In this document: piece by piece, positions 63,406 through 64,000 of the stretch
Position numbering within the stretch: the stretch's first letter is position 1
How the letters are laid out: each line of letters begins with the position of its first letter
Origin: Candidatus Poribacteria bacterium
Lineage (GTDB): Bacteria > Poribacteria > WGA-4E > JAJDTR01
Direction: 5' to 3'
NCBI GenBank assembly: GCA_965222225.1
Contig: CBDCTK010000002.1
Span: forward strand, 5,152,001-5,216,000
DNA length: 64,000 nt
Made by a program: the position numbers and the translations under genes
Notes under the pieces: model-generated
The model's input: the letters and a program-made list of their open reading frames with translations, nothing else
Told to the model about the DNA's origin: nothing
Databases searched by the model: none

Positions 63406-64000
63406 TCACTTTGTCGCCTTGACGCTTCCCCACGTCGTCACGCGTTTCCCTTTTGACTCGACAGAAACTCCCTCCGTTGTGACGGCGAACACTTCACAAT
63501 TTTCAATGCCTACCGCATCACCAAGGAGGGCATCCACACGTCGCTGACCATTTATCGAATCCTCACCAACCCAAATCGCTTCACGGATGTGCGTGCCGTC
63601 GGTAATCTGGATATTGTCCGCCATCATGCCGAACTTCCCGAATGATGTTGCGCGATCTCCCCGTTTCTCCGTCCCGAGACTGATTGCCACGATTGTCTCG
63701 CCCGCGAGTTGATTCAATGCAACCCGATAATGCATCCAGTCCGTGTCGATAGCAGTTATAGATTCCCCAATTTGGTTTCCTTCTGCCGTATGAACAAATA
63801 CCCCTCCGCTCCTATAGACGCTCTCCACCGGGAATGCCAGCTGAAATTCCAAAAACGTGCCCGCCTCAGCCGTTGTTTCACCCTCCCAAATAGGAATGAA
63901 ACATTGAACAGGTGCGTTCGGTTTGGCAATATCTCCTTGCAACAAGAGGAATTTATCCCCTCGAATGTGTTCGGTGATGGTAAACTCGGGCGCCTCAATC
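63406..64000 (-). CDS. 3' part of a protein carrying the shared C-terminal tail
   Basis: Open frame near the window edge; ends 'SVESKGKRVTTWGSVKATK'. Confidence 0.6.
   Translation of the reverse strand, partial: IEAPEFTITEHIRGDKFLLLQGDIAKPNAPVQCFIPIWEGETTAEAGTFLEFQLAFPVESVYRSGGVFVHTAEGNQIGESITAIDTDWMHYRVALNQLAGETIVAISLGTEKRGDRATSFGKFGMMADNIQITDGTHIREAIWVGEDSINGQRRVDALLGDAVGIENCEVFAVTTEGVSVESKGKRVTTWGSVKATK

Overview
Bacterial chromosomal window of moderate GC. The gene content resembles Candidatus Poribacteria (inference): several LamG-like proteins sharing a C-terminal 'V-x4-K-L-x-x-T-W-G-x-x-K' tail, a dockerin-like/FlgD-Ig secreted protein, multiple PhyH and Gfo/Idh/MocA genes. It holds three ECF sigma factors (two with zinc-finger anti-sigmas, one also with an RseB/MucB-like gene), a CotH kinase, housekeeping genes (mnmA, bioD, trpF, prs, thiG, argB, pyk, mutY), a complete FokI-family type IIS restriction-modification system with two separate methyltransferases, a DtxR/MntR-regulated TroABCD-type metal ABC transporter, and about seven disrupted genes. 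The most striking signal is non-coding. A ~37-bp unit (consensus GATCAAnnGAnnGAATAnnGAnnGCGATAGAnATCCC) occurs as 16 full copies plus many halves in 14 intergenic regions. It is hypervariable at fixed dinucleotide columns and almost always lies on the + strand. It nests inside copies of itself (once inverted) and sits at the points where GTAG-type REP hairpins and genes are truncated. No enzyme that could mobilise it (RAYT, RT, integrase, Cas) is encoded in the window. No rRNA, tRNA or CRISPR array was seen.
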